64,000 bases of DNA. Origin: a virus. Its lineage: Duplodnaviria > Caudoviricetes. Both the position numbers and the translations under genes were made by a program. Below, in pieces: positions 16,386-25,908 of the stretch (position 1 is the stretch's first letter; each line of letters starts with the position of its first letter). The notes below the pieces were generated by a model that worked only from the letters and a program-made list of their open reading frames with translations, was not told the origin of the DNA and ran no database searches. Location: positions 8,814 through 72,813 of IMG/VR virus record IMGVR_UViG_3300042470_001171; one strand, 5' to 3'.

Positions 16386-16697
16386 CTACCAAATAGTAGA
16401 CTGGATAGGATGCCCTTCGGCATCCTGGTAACAGACTTCAAGATCTTCTCCCTGAATGTTCAGCTTCGTCACGTGCTCAAAGTCGTCGACAATCCGGCAG
16501 TGCTCCGGCAACCCCAAGCACTGAGACTCGGGAATGCGGGCAGCCGCAACGTACTGAAAATAGGAACCCGCTTCGGTACGGGTGCTGGGTATTTCCAACC
16601 ATTCAATCCCGGGAATAACAGGAGAGTGATGGGAAGTCAATTGCCCGTCACGGACGTCACAGACAACAAGCTTTACATTTTCAACTTTAGTATTCAT
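16386..16697 (-). CDS. Hypothetical protein (stand-alone cassette)
   Basis: Preceded by the TTGACA/TATATT cassette and ACCACTTACGGAG. Confidence 0.65.
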   Translation of the reverse strand: MNTKVENVKLVVCDVRDGQLTSHHSPVIPGIEWLEIPSTRTEAGSYFQYVAAARIPESQCLGLPEHCRIVDDFEHVTKLNIQGEDLEVCYQDAEGHPIQSTIW

Positions 16698-16788
16698 AAC
16701 CTTCTCCGTAAGTGGTTCAACAATTTCAATATACCCCCGCCATATCGGCATGTCAATACACCCCCAGTAAATTACTGGCACAACCTCT

Positions 16789-16871
16789 GGCACACTCCCA
16801 CCACAGTGGGATCCGCCTGCAGCAGTCCAGCGACACACCTCCACGACACACCCCCACCGCAGCGGGGAACC
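16789..16871 (-). CRISPR. Two-repeat mini-array downstream of the FtsK-like gene
   Basis: CCCCGC-tgcg-GTGGGG-GTGTGTC, spacer, TCCCAC-tgtg-GTGGGA-GTGTGCC; period 56. Confidence 0.65.
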
Positions 16872-16873
16872 TG

Positions 16874-18166
16874 CTAGGCGGTCTCCTGGCCTGGCTTGGT
16901 CCGGTAGAATGGCGTCAGTCGCTGGATCGGCGGGATAGCCAGATCAGGCACAACGCCGATCCTCAGGCTATTGGCGTAGATGGCATAGGTGCGGTTTACC
17001 CCGGGCTGGTTGCGGATCTGGCTGTGGTAGCCTTGGGCAGCCTGTCGGTCGGCGGGGGAGCGGATCAAGGCAGGATCCTGGAGCATGTTGTCAATGCTCT
17101 TGCTGTTGCCCTCCATCGGCTTGCCCAGGTTGTCCTGGGTGGTCTTGCAGCCTAGCCCCAGGGTGCATAGGTTATCCCGTAGGCCACTGCTAAAGGTATT
17201 CCTGCCGCCAGACAGGCTCAGATCGCCTAGCAGGTGCGACTGGTTCACCATGATCAGGTGCATGTTTAGCTCCCGGCCTGCGGCGATCAGACTAAGCAAG
17301 CGTTGCTCCATGGCCGACTTGACAGAGCCCTCCATGGCGCTGCACTTGCCCTTTAGCAGCATCCATTCGTCGAATACCGCCCAGATGTGGTTACCCACCG
17401 GGCGGCCCGCTTGGTTCAGCTCAAAGCGTCGTTCTAGCTCAGCTTCCAAGTCCCTGACTACCATCACATAGTCAACGCCAGACTTCATCCTGGTAACAGC
17501 TGGGGTCAACTGTCCCCACTTGGAGCCCTTGGGATCACAGATCACCAGTTCATCGCCGCGGTTGGCCAGGATAGCGCACAAGCACTGAAGCAGGTGAGTT
17601 TTACCGGATCCAGTCGTCGCCGATAGCAAGATATGGATCTGGCTGGCCAGGTACTGGGGCAGGCTAGTGGCCAGCGGTACTGGCTTCCACCCCTCCACCA
17701 CTGGCTCCGGTGGCGTCGCTGGCTGGCTTGGCGGTGGTGGTGACGGTGCGGGGCTCGCTGGGCTGGGCTGGCTTTTGGCCTTTGCTGGACTTTCCCCCTC
17801 CGTCTCCAGAGGGGGCAGCACTTTTGGGGCGCTAGCCATGGCACGTTCTATGAACATGTCCAACGTTTCCCGTTGATCAGCTTTCAAGCCTTGGAGCAAT
17901 ACCGATGGATCCTGGTAACTCTTGGCTACGATCTGACGGTTCTTGCGCAGCCTGCGGGCACCGTCGTAGGCCACCAGGCTAGCGGCGGCATAAGCAACTG
18001 CAGGGATCGACGAAAATGCAGAGAACAGCAGAAACACAACAACCCCCAAGGGTACATGGGCCTTAGGGATCTGTTGGGCGTAGTGCTGCCTCAACATATC
18101 GTTGAGAAATTCTGGAGCTTGCGAACTGCCTTTCAGGCTACTTGGCACGGGCTTTTGCTGACTCAT
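16874..18166 (-). CDS. FtsK/SpoIIIE-HerA-like membrane ATPase
   Basis: N-terminal TM, Walker A ATTGSGKT, ICDPK, Walker B AVFDE, GRE..MHLIMVNQ. Confidence 0.82.
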   Translation of the reverse strand: MSQQKPVPSSLKGSSQAPEFLNDMLRQHYAQQIPKAHVPLGVVVFLLFSAFSSIPAVAYAAASLVAYDGARRLRKNRQIVAKSYQDPSVLLQGLKADQRETLDMFIERAMASAPKVLPPLETEGESPAKAKSQPSPASPAPSPPPPSQPATPPEPVVEGWKPVPLATSLPQYLASQIHILLSATTGSGKTHLLQCLCAILANRGDELVICDPKGSKWGQLTPAVTRMKSGVDYVMVVRDLEAELERRFELNQAGRPVGNHIWAVFDEWMLLKGKCSAMEGSVKSAMEQRLLSLIAAGRELNMHLIMVNQSHLLGDLSLSGGRNTFSSGLRDNLCTLGLGCKTTQDNLGKPMEGNSKSIDNMLQDPALIRSPADRQAAQGYHSQIRNQPGVNRTYAIYANSLRIGVVPDLAIPPIQRLTPFYRTKPGQETA

Positions 18167-18650
18167 GGCCACCTCCTAAGAAACCGGGCACCTTTCCGCC
18201 CCGGCTAAGGTACTGCTGGACACACAACTGCATTCCAAACACACAGGCCAGGATCGACGCTACGGCCTGCCAGCGGATGTCGCCAAACGTCACTCCACCA
18301 ATGGCCACCAACTTATAACTGGATACTGGCGGCCACACCAAAAGGCCTGCAATAAAGTCCACCGCATAGCCCAGCGTGGCCCAGAGGGTAGCATCCAGCA
18401 GCTCTTCTGGATCCGCCAGAGCAAAGCTGGGCACCTTGCCGCCGACCAACTTATTTAGCGTCGGGAAAATTCCCGCGCCGCCATTGGTGAGGAATATAGG
18501 CTTCAGCTCGAAGCCCTGGACAAGCAGAAACACCACGACAGCGATTAGGCCACCCAGGCGACCGCCAAAGGTATCCTGGCCGACGGCGTTATAGGCCTTG
18601 AGGCTGTTGACAAAGATCGCTCCAGCCAACACCAGAAACAAGTACTTCAT
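18138..18650 (-). CDS. Multi-pass membrane protein
   Basis: About 4 hydrophobic segments; overlaps both neighbours. Confidence 0.7.
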   Translation of the reverse strand: MKYLFLVLAGAIFVNSLKAYNAVGQDTFGGRLGGLIAVVVFLLVQGFELKPIFLTNGGAGIFPTLNKLVGGKVPSFALADPEELLDATLWATLGYAVDFIAGLLVWPPVSSYKLVAIGGVTFGDIRWQAVASILACVFGMQLCVQQYLSRGGKVPGFLGGGHESAKARAK

Positions 18651-19141
18651 TGGCCACCTCCCGCATGACGGGCCAGCCATGCCTGCTTGTACTGGCCGAC
18701 GTCAAGGGTGCCATTGAAGGCGTACTCTTGTACTCTGCCATCGCCGTCGATAACGCCAGTATTGCCAGAGGTGTCGCACACCACCTGGCCACGGCTGTAG
18801 GTGCGGCCCTGCCAGTTGATAGGCATCATGCCCTCTGCAATGGGTTGGGCGGTAATGTCAGTGGCCCCGGTTACAGCCGTCTCTGGCCGCTGGAAATCAG
18901 CCTTGACGTAGTGAAAGGTGCAGCCCGCTTCATAGCGTTGGGCTGCCACCTCAGCCATTTGGCTTAAGTGGTCCTGGGTGCTGAGCGCGGCTACCTGCTC
19001 CTTGGCCGACTCCCGGCGTTGCTCTTTCACGGCCTTGCCGTCCTGCAGGATAGCAGCCCCCTGCTCAGTGCCACCTGAAAACAGGGTAAAGCCCACCAAG
19101 ACAAGGCCGCCAATGGGCAAAATCAATTCTTCAATGCTCAT
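18647..19141 (-). CDS. Membrane-anchored/periplasmic protein
   Basis: N-terminal TM; ATGA-coupled. Confidence 0.7.
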   Translation of the reverse strand: MSIEELILPIGGLVLVGFTLFSGGTEQGAAILQDGKAVKEQRRESAKEQVAALSTQDHLSQMAEVAAQRYEAGCTFHYVKADFQRPETAVTGATDITAQPIAEGMMPINWQGRTYSRGQVVCDTSGNTGVIDGDGRVQEYAFNGTLDVGQYKQAWLARHAGGGQ

Positions 19142-19545
19142 TCGTCCATCCCTCCAGCGTAGGGGTTTTCAGGCTTGGGGGTGGGATCGGTAGCCCGACG
19201 GCGGCGCTCCATGACTACACTGCCAGCCACCATGGCGGCAACAGCGGCCAGCACCGCAATGAACAGCCAGGGCGGGCCAGCGGGCTCAGCCACCGCAGCA
19301 ACCGGCTCAGCCACGGGTATAGGCTCAGTGGTTGCCAGCGGCGTAGCTACAGGCACCGCCTGGCCATGCTGGGTGAGGCCACGGATGTCGCAAACACCCG
19401 CAGCGTCTAGCTCAAACCATGCCTCTCTGGGACTGAGGCCAGCCTCCAGCGGGTATTGCTGATCGCCCCATAGCAGGTAGTTGGTGTCCCGGGGGGCGGG
19501 GCTCGATACCATGTCCTGGCACCGAGGCTTTGTAAGTGGATCCAT
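19138..19545 (-). CDS. Membrane protein with C-terminal TM and basic tail
   Basis: WLFIAVLAAVAAMVAGSVV-ERRRR. Confidence 0.6.
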   Translation of the reverse strand: MDPLTKPRCQDMVSSPAPRDTNYLLWGDQQYPLEAGLSPREAWFELDAAGVCDIRGLTQHGQAVPVATPLATTEPIPVAEPVAAVAEPAGPPWLFIAVLAAVAAMVAGSVVMERRRRATDPTPKPENPYAGGMDE

Positions 19546-19740
19546 TGTCAAGGTTCTCCGAGGATGAAGGTGGACAATTGCCGCCATAGCAACGGGCCAT
19601 TGGCTTTTTGTTGGCACAAATCGGCACCCAGGCTAAAGCCAACAAAAAGCCCCACCACAAAAATGGCGGTGGCCAGGATGGCCAGAAGGCCGTCGTCATG
19701 ATCGCTGTGCATGGCTTGGCAAAAGGAGCGGAGTCTTACC

Positions 19741-19808
19741 GCTCACCCCCACAATGGTGGGGCAATTAAAGCGCTTCAGCAGGATCCACCCCCACTGGCG
19801 TGGGGCTT
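19741..19808 (-). CRISPR. Two-repeat mini-array inside the FtsK operon
   Basis: CCCCAC-gcca-GTGGGG-GTGGATC and CCCCAC-catt-GTGGGG-GTGAGC; period 43. Confidence 0.65.
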
Positions 19809-19812
19809 GGCC

Positions 19813-20235
19813 CTAGTCCTCGTCAGTGCCACCGTAGGCAGCGGGCAAGCGCAGGGCCGGAGGCTGGATCCCGGCAGAGAAAGCTTTGAAGCGTTCCACC
19901 AAATCAGCGTCAGGACGCTTAGGCAAAAGGCCAGAAATGTCAATCGGCTCAATGGTGGTGTTGATCGTCATGGACCGGACGTTGGCCAGCCGGGCCATGA
20001 CAGCGCCCATCAAGCCTTGGCCGCTAAGGGCGTCTTCAAGCAAAGGCGCTATCTGATCAGCCAGGCGCTCCTTAGTGGAGCTGTACTGCTCGGCCAGGCT
20101 GGCCAGGGCCAGGGCGTCTGACTGCATCTGGCCAGCAATGGCCATGGCCAGCTCATGGCCAGCGGCTAGCGGCGCAACACCCTCGGGGGTGCCGGTGGAC
20201 TGAGACTGTTCGTTAAGTTGATCGGAGAGGTTCAT
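19813..20235 (-). CDS. Hypothetical protein
   Basis: 140-aa ORF with AAGGA RBS, ATGA-coupled. Confidence 0.65.
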   Translation of the reverse strand: MNLSDQLNEQSQSTGTPEGVAPLAAGHELAMAIAGQMQSDALALASLAEQYSSTKERLADQIAPLLEDALSGQGLMGAVMARLANVRSMTINTTIEPIDISGLLPKRPDADLVERFKAFSAGIQPPALRLPAAYGGTDED

Positions 20236-20489
20236 AGGTTGTGGTCCTTTGCAAATTGGATTGTAAGTTGGCGGGCTGATTCCTTTGTTCGCCTGGAGCC
20301 TCGCAACTGAGCATAGTAAGCCAGTACTCTGGCGTACTGCGGAGTAAAAGCCTCATGTTTCAAAGCCAATTCTTTACGCAGTTCATACAGTCGGCTACGG
20401 CTAACCTGGCGGCTAGCCAATGAACTGACTAATGACCGGAAATGATGCTCCGACATTAAGGCGTCGATCTGGCTGTCAGGATGCTCCAT
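20232..20489 (-). CDS. Hypothetical, possibly DNA-binding protein
   Basis: VSRSRLYELRKEL helix; first gene of the operon. Confidence 0.55.
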   Translation of the reverse strand: MEHPDSQIDALMSEHHFRSLVSSLASRQVSRSRLYELRKELALKHEAFTPQYARVLAYYAQLRGSRRTKESARQLTIQFAKDHNL

Positions 20490-20520
20490 AACGAGAAATC
20501 AACCTTTCGGGACGGTCTCA

Positions 20521-20574
20521 TCGAACATTGTCGAACATTGTCGAACATTACAGGACGTTCGACAATGTTCGACG
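20521..20574. repeat. Three tandem TCGAACATT(G/A) plus an inverted copy; probable operator
   Basis: tcgaacattg tcgaacattg tcgaacatta ... cgacaatgttcga between divergent genes. Confidence 0.8.
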
Positions 20575-20678
20575 TAGGATCCACCATAGCACAGCCTAGC
20601 CATTTTTGTGTCATTTATTTGGCGCTTTTGCGGGGACTGGTGGTAGGCTGTGACAGTTGTTATAATTTGTAGCTTTCT

Positions 20679-20867
20679 ATGGCCGACACAAGAAACCAGA
20701 CCACCATCACCCTAAGCTGGCGGGCCTGTCGAGAATATGAAGAGGTCGCCGAATGGTTGGGCGTTCCTCCAGCTAGCCTGATGCGGTTCATTTTAGAAGA
20801 ACACCACCGCTCAGCAGAGTTTCACGAACTACTCCAGCGGGCCAGGAAACGTGAAGCCCAGCCCTAG
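20679..20867 (+). CDS. Small RHH-like regulator
   Basis: TTITLS..YEEVAEWLGVPPASLMRFIL; TATAAT upstream. Confidence 0.6.
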   Translation: MADTRNQTTITLSWRACREYEEVAEWLGVPPASLMRFILEEHHRSAEFHELLQRARKREAQP

Positions 20868-20980
20868 GGTTTACGTCAAAAATAGTACGTGGTATAAAGT
20901 TTTGATCAGTACCGCCGTTCTAATGCGGATATTGGGTATAGGAGTTTGGACTATTAACAAACTTACAGTCAGTCCTGGAA

Positions 20981-21259
20981 ATGAGCACACGGATGGATCA
21001 AGCGTTGGAGCGGCTTGACAGTTGCATTGCGCTATATCGAGAAGTCGGTATTACTGGTTATAAATTGGAGTTGCACCCTGATTGCCCAGGCGTTTGGATC
21101 CTGGTATTGACTTGCACTCAAGCCAATGAGGCTGTGTTCAAGTCATTGCGTTCGATCTGGCTTATCTGCTCGGAGGAGTGGATCCTAGGCGGCATTCAGG
21201 TCAACGACCTGCAGCCACTCATGGCAGATAGCCTCAACCTTTGCCGCTGTTGGCCCTGA
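20981..21259 (+). CDS. Hypothetical protein
   Basis: 92-aa ORF. Confidence 0.5.
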   Translation: MSTRMDQALERLDSCIALYREVGITGYKLELHPDCPGVWILVLTCTQANEAVFKSLRSIWLICSEEWILGGIQVNDLQPLMADSLNLCRCWP

Positions 21260-21578
21260 TCGGGTTACCGTTGGCATCGGCTTTACCGAAGTAGATGTCG
21301 AACAACGCTGCTGCTGTCACCGGCTGGCCATTGCCTAGCCGCAGCACGCCAGCGCTTTCTAGTGCCCACAACACCTCCATCGCCGGGGCCCCGGAGCGGC
21401 CATAGCGAGGGGATAGGTGCTGCAGGGTGCCAATGCCGATGATGACACCGGTGTCCTCTTCCAGCCTGTGGCAAAACTCGATCCAGTTTGTGCATCCATA
21501 GTTGCTACGAATAGCAACCAAGCAATCCGCAAAATTATGCGGGCTTGCATCCTCTCCCCAACTTATTCTAACTGGCAT
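21234..21578 (-). CDS. Hypothetical protein, possible repressor-like regulator
   Basis: Divergent from the replication operon, GAGGA RBS. Confidence 0.55.
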   Translation of the reverse strand: MPVRISWGEDASPHNFADCLVAIRSNYGCTNWIEFCHRLEEDTGVIIGIGTLQHLSPRYGRSGAPAMEVLWALESAGVLRLGNGQPVTAAALFDIYFGKADANGNPIRANSGKG

Positions 21579-21795
21579 TTTGTTTTTTCCTCTCTAGGGT
21601 TCACACCCCTAGCTTAGCACCCAACTTAAAGCAGGCAACCGTAGACAGCCAGAACCCTTCTAGTAGCAAAAGCCACAGCGTTTGTCGCCATGCGCTAGCC
21701 GATACAGGCGCATATCAAAGCGGGCACCCTAAAAAGACGGTTGCCAGTTTATAGCTGCTGACTTATAATTGGGTTGTAGTTTACAAGTTCACGCC

Positions 21796-21945
21796 ATGCA
21801 ACAAAAACTAGTGCGGCTAGATCGAGGGCTGCATTACGAAGCTAAGGTCTACGCCACTAAAAGGCAAACTTCTCTCAAGGAGCTAACCGAGACGGCCTTA
21901 GCCGAGTACATGCAGCGCAACCCTGACCCAGGCCAAGCGGCCTAG
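21796..21945 (+). CDS. Small RHH/Arc-like regulator (49 aa, not in the ORF track)
   Basis: Manual translation MQQKLVRLDRGLHYEAKVYATKRQTSLKELTETALAEYMQRNPDPGQAA; TTGCCA..TATAAT upstream. Confidence 0.7.
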   Translation: MQQKLVRLDRGLHYEAKVYATKRQTSLKELTETALAEYMQRNPDPGQAA

Positions 21946-21980
21946 GGTTTTTTATTGTCCACCTTTAGCAAAGAACAACG

Positions 21981-23150
21981 ATGGAGAAACAAATTTCAGA
22001 TCTCGTCCGCATGGGCGAGACCATTCAGGCTCGAATCAAGCGGTTTGGGCCCCAGACAGCCCTAAGCATTACGAGGGCAGTCCTCGCGCTCAACGAGAAC
22101 GAGGTTAACCAGGTGCAGGCCGAGCTAGAGCGTCTAGCGGAGCAGCTAGGCATTGTCGAGGGGATCAACGGATGGGTGTTGGACATCGGCGCTCTCATCC
22201 TTCGCATGAAGGACGACATCCATGCGGCCATTATCCGCACTGGACCCCAGACTACCCTTAACATCACTGTGGCCATTTTGGGTCTGGCCAAGTCCGATGC
22301 TAAGCAGGTGCAAGCCAATCTGGAGCGCCTGGCGGATCAGCTTGGCATCGCCCAAGGAGAAAAAGGCTGGGTGCTCGATACCAGCATTCTCGCACCCGAA
22401 CAGAAACGCAGATACACGTTGGAAAGCCATCGGATCCAGGTAGCACAGAAGGTTGCCTATGAAATGGGTCTGGAGGGCAAGCCTGAAGTAGCTTGGCGGG
22501 CCTTGTCTCGGCGGGTAACTGAACTAACCGGAGAGAAGATCCACGAGGCTTGGTTTGCGCCGTCTGGGCGAGGGGCTCACTTCCGGGAACACATCGAGGC
22601 ATCCTTTGCCGATGGCGTGGCTGAGCGGGAGAAACAGATCGACGCCGTGGCTAGCGAGCTAGGTGGCATCGTCGAGGAAGTTGTTGGTGCCACCAATGGC
22701 AATGGCAATGGCCACCACCTGGACGACGGGCCTACCGAGGAAGACTTGACACTCATTCAGGAGATCGCCAAGCTTGAGGCTGACGCTGAAGAATACCAAG
22801 ATCGCATCAAGGCGCTAGAGGCCCAGCTAGCGGCCATAGCCTGGGCCAAAGGCGAAGCTGAAGAATACCAAAACAAGATCGCCGAGCTAGAGGCCCAGCT
22901 AGCGGCCTCAGCACCGACCCAGGTACAAACACTCCAGCCAGATACCGGAGGCACCCTAGAGGGGATTCTAGCGGCCCTAGAAACCCAACTAGAAGCCGCT
23001 AGCCTAAAGGCAGAAGCAGCGACTAAGGCGGTCGAAGCTGCCCAGGAGCAGGCGGAACTGGCTGAACTCGGCGTGGACCAGGCCCGCCAGCGGCTCCAGG
23101 CTGCACTAGAGGCAGTAAATACCCTCCAGTCGCTCAAGGAGGGTGAATGA
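21981..23150 (+). CDS. Protein with a tandem duplicated about 63-aa N-terminal unit and coiled-coil C-terminus
   Basis: GPQT.L.IT.A.L.L..QVQA.LERLA.QLGI..G..GWVLD twice. Confidence 0.75.
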   Translation: MEKQISDLVRMGETIQARIKRFGPQTALSITRAVLALNENEVNQVQAELERLAEQLGIVEGINGWVLDIGALILRMKDDIHAAIIRTGPQTTLNITVAILGLAKSDAKQVQANLERLADQLGIAQGEKGWVLDTSILAPEQKRRYTLESHRIQVAQKVAYEMGLEGKPEVAWRALSRRVTELTGEKIHEAWFAPSGRGAHFREHIEASFADGVAEREKQIDAVASELGGIVEEVVGATNGNGNGHHLDDGPTEEDLTLIQEIAKLEADAEEYQDRIKALEAQLAAIAWAKGEAEEYQNKIAELEAQLAASAPTQVQTLQPDTGGTLEGILAALETQLEAASLKAEAATKAVEAAQEQAELAELGVDQARQRLQAALEAVNTLQSLKEGE

Positions 23151-23581
23151 AGGGTGCTGTCCTAAGCGCCCCTGCGGTGGTCCGTCAGTTGCAGCCACAG
23201 CACTGGCGGGCCCTCAACTTGAAGGGGCGTCTACTTGTGTTTGAGTCCATGCTGACCTACGACCCGGCTAGTGCCCTGCGCTATGCCCGGTTTGTGGCAG
23301 GCGAACGCCTGGATCCAGTAGCTCATGATCCAGAGAATACTACTCCGCCAGAGGTTAAGGCCATTAAGCGCCAGGTAGCCATGCAGGCCAGCGAATGGCT
23401 AGCCCAGGCCATGGAGCCAGAATGCTTTGCCGACTACGAGCGGCAGATCGTGGCGCTCATGAAAGGCAAGCGCTATGTGGTGCGCTATCAGATTGGGCTA
23501 CAGCTGGGCCTCTATGGCCGGGCGGTTGCCATCCACAGCCCCATGTTTGTCAGGAAAAACTCAGCCTATTACCTGGCCTAA
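23147..23581 (+). CDS. Hypothetical protein
   Basis: ATGA-coupled 144-aa ORF. Confidence 0.65.
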   Translation: MKGAVLSAPAVVRQLQPQHWRALNLKGRLLVFESMLTYDPASALRYARFVAGERLDPVAHDPENTTPPEVKAIKRQVAMQASEWLAQAMEPECFADYERQIVALMKGKRYVVRYQIGLQLGLYGRAVAIHSPMFVRKNSAYYLA

Positions 23582-23632
23582 CCCTGTCTTGTGTTCCCTT
23601 CCCCTATCCACCCTCACACCCAAGGAGTTCCT

Positions 23633-24553
23633 ATGGGCGCAACCTTACACCCCGTATTCCAGCGGGAATCCATGATCTGGCAAAGCATTCTGACCGCCAA
23701 CGAAAAGCTATTGCTGCTTTGCCTCAACTCGTTCCTAGGCGCTGATGGCCGATGCTTCCCCAGCATTGCCACCATGAGCCGGATGACTGGCCTCAGTCGC
23801 AGCACGACTAACCGCACCCTGGCCCTACTCGAAGACCAAGCCATCATCAACAGCCAGCAACGCTACCGCGATGACGGCAGCCAGACCGCCAGTGATCGGT
23901 TCCTGGATTTTGATGCCATTCCAATGGCCAAACCGGATCCAGATCCAGCCGAAAATCAAGGCGGGGGGGTATGTCAAAATGACATGGGGGTGTGTCAGGA
24001 TGACATGGGGGTGTGTCACAGTGAAACGGGGGGGGTGTCAGACTGGGAGGGGGGGGGTGTCAGCTTGACACACCAAGAACTATCCAGAAGAACTATCCAG
24101 AAGAACTATCTAGATCTTTTCCCCCCTACCCCCCGTTCAGAAAAAAAAGGGAAAAAAGAAACCAGCAAGCTGGATCCGGAAAGAACTGTTGCGCCGCCCG
24201 CCGCCGCGCCGGTGGCCGCAGTGGATCCATCCAAGCCTGATCCATTCGCGGCCCAGTTTGCGCCCAGGCCGTGGCGGGAGAATGGGTGGGGCAAGATCTT
24301 GCCAAAGTTCTGCGAGTTCATGGTTGCTGGCAAGCACATTGTTGTTGACGGGCAGATGAACCCTAAGACGAAGGCGATGTACCATGTGTCAAACTTGGAG
24401 CGAGATGGCAAATGGGATAAACTGGAATATCTCTGGGCTGAGTACCAAGCCAGCCTGCAGCCAGCCAGGCCAAAGGCTAAGCTGGCCACGGAAAGCTATG
24501 ACGAGCGGGTGCGTCGGGAGATGAACCAACACCAACAGAGGGAACACGCATGA
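23633..24553 (+). CDS. Phage replication initiator (N-terminal HTH)
   Basis: LTANEKLLLLCL..CFPSIATMSRMTGLSRSTTNRTLALLE; internal iterons; directly upstream of DnaB. Confidence 0.82.
   Translation: MGATLHPVFQRESMIWQSILTANEKLLLLCLNSFLGADGRCFPSIATMSRMTGLSRSTTNRTLALLEDQAIINSQQRYRDDGSQTASDRFLDFDAIPMAKPDPDPAENQGGGVCQNDMGVCQDDMGVCHSETGGVSDWEGGGVSLTHQELSRRTIQKNYLDLFPPTPRSEKKGKKETSKLDPERTVAPPAAAPVAAVDPSKPDPFAAQFAPRPWRENGWGKILPKFCEFMVAGKHIVVDGQMNPKTKAMYHVSNLERDGKWDKLEYLWAEYQASLQPARPKAKLATESYDERVRREMNQHQQREHA
23963..24160 (+). repeat. Putative replication origin: five 21-22 bp iterons, three 13-bp repeats, A-rich tract
   Basis: GGGGG(T/G)(A/G)TGTCA with TGTCA at 23972, 23993, 24014, 24036, 24058; AAGAACTATC(C/T)AG x3 at 24075-24113. 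Confidence 0.75.
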
Positions 24554-25908
24554 TTGCTCAAGTCAAAGTACCCGTGCCTGTGGGCGAGGATGGCCTATTG
24601 CCGCCCCAGGCCATCGAGGCAGAGCGCGCCATCCTGGGTGCCTTGCTCTACCAGCCGGACCTGCTGGAAGAGGTCTCGGACCTGCTATCGCCTAAAGCCT
24701 TTTACCTGGACTCCCACCGCCTGTTGTACGAAACCTGCCTTAGCCTGCTAGCCCGGGGCATCCCCTGCGATATGCTGCAGGTGGCCATGGCGCTGGATGC
24801 CAAGCAGTTGGAGAGGGTCGGTGGCCGGGCAGGCCTGGCCAGCTTCCTGGATAGCGTCGTCAGTGGTGCGGCAGTCGATCTGCACTGCCAGCAGGTCATG
24901 GAAACCTGGACCCGGCGTCGGCTAGGCAAGCTGGGCCAGCTGATGGTGCAGCTACAGCACGAGAAAGTGCCGCTGGATGCCTTGCTAGAGCGGGCAGAAG
25001 CTGAGCTATCGGCTCTGATGCTGCAGGAGTCCACCGGTGGCCTGGTGCCCATGGCCGAAGTCGCTGCCGAGGTGTACACCGAAGTCGAGGCCAGGCTAGA
25101 GAGCCGGGAACTGCCAGGCTATCAAACCGGCTTCTCCCAGTTGGACGTCATGCTAAACGGTGGGCTCATGCCCGGGGACTTGATCATTGCCGCTGGCCGC
25201 CCTGCAATGGGTAAGACCGCCTTCAGCCTCAACCTGGCTAATTTTTTGGCTGTTAAAACCCAACTAACAGCCTGCGTCTTTTCGCTAGAGATGGGTAGAC
25301 AGCAGCTTGGATACAGGTTATTCTCGGCAGAGGCGAGCATTGAAACAGGCCTGATGAAGAAGGGACTTGTCACCGACAAGCAAATGTCCACCCTGGCTGG
25401 CACCGTTGCCAACCTGGCGGATCGGCCGATTTGGATTGACGACAACCCTTTGCCTAGCTTCAGCTACATCCGCAGCCAATGCCGCCGCCAAAAGCGTCGC
25501 CATGGTGCACTGGGGCTAGTCATGATCGACTACCTCCAGTTGATGGCCGATGGCCAGGCCAGTGGCAACCGGGCCATGGAGCTAGGCCACCTTACCCGCA
25601 GCCTCAAGATGCTGGCCAGGGAGCTGGACTGCCCGGTGCTGGTGCTTAGCCAGCTTAGCCGGGGCGTCGAGTCCAGGACCAACAAGCGGCCCCTGATGAG
25701 CGATTTGCGCGAGTCTGGATCCATTGAGCAGGACGCTGACTTGATCATGATGCTGTACCGGGATGAGTACTACGACCCGGAGTCCGTAGACAAGGGCATT
25801 GCCGAGGTGATTGTCACCAAGAACCGCAATGGCCCGACCGGCACCGTGAAGCTTCTTTTCGAGCCGCAATACCAGCGGTTTTCCGATGCAACCTTTGAGG
25901 AGTACTGA
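24550..25908 (+). CDS. dnaB: Replicative DNA helicase
   Basis: AGRPAMGKT, FSLEM, IDYLQLM, LSQLSR, SDLRESGSIEQDAD, KNRNGPTG. Confidence 0.96.
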   Translation: MIAQVKVPVPVGEDGLLPPQAIEAERAILGALLYQPDLLEEVSDLLSPKAFYLDSHRLLYETCLSLLARGIPCDMLQVAMALDAKQLERVGGRAGLASFLDSVVSGAAVDLHCQQVMETWTRRRLGKLGQLMVQLQHEKVPLDALLERAEAELSALMLQESTGGLVPMAEVAAEVYTEVEARLESRELPGYQTGFSQLDVMLNGGLMPGDLIIAAGRPAMGKTAFSLNLANFLAVKTQLTACVFSLEMGRQQLGYRLFSAEASIETGLMKKGLVTDKQMSTLAGTVANLADRPIWIDDNPLPSFSYIRSQCRRQKRRHGALGLVMIDYLQLMADGQASGNRAMELGHLTRSLKMLARELDCPVLVLSQLSRGVESRTNKRPLMSDLRESGSIEQDADLIMMLYRDEYYDPESVDKGIAEVIVTKNRNGPTGTVKLLFEPQYQRFSDATFEEY

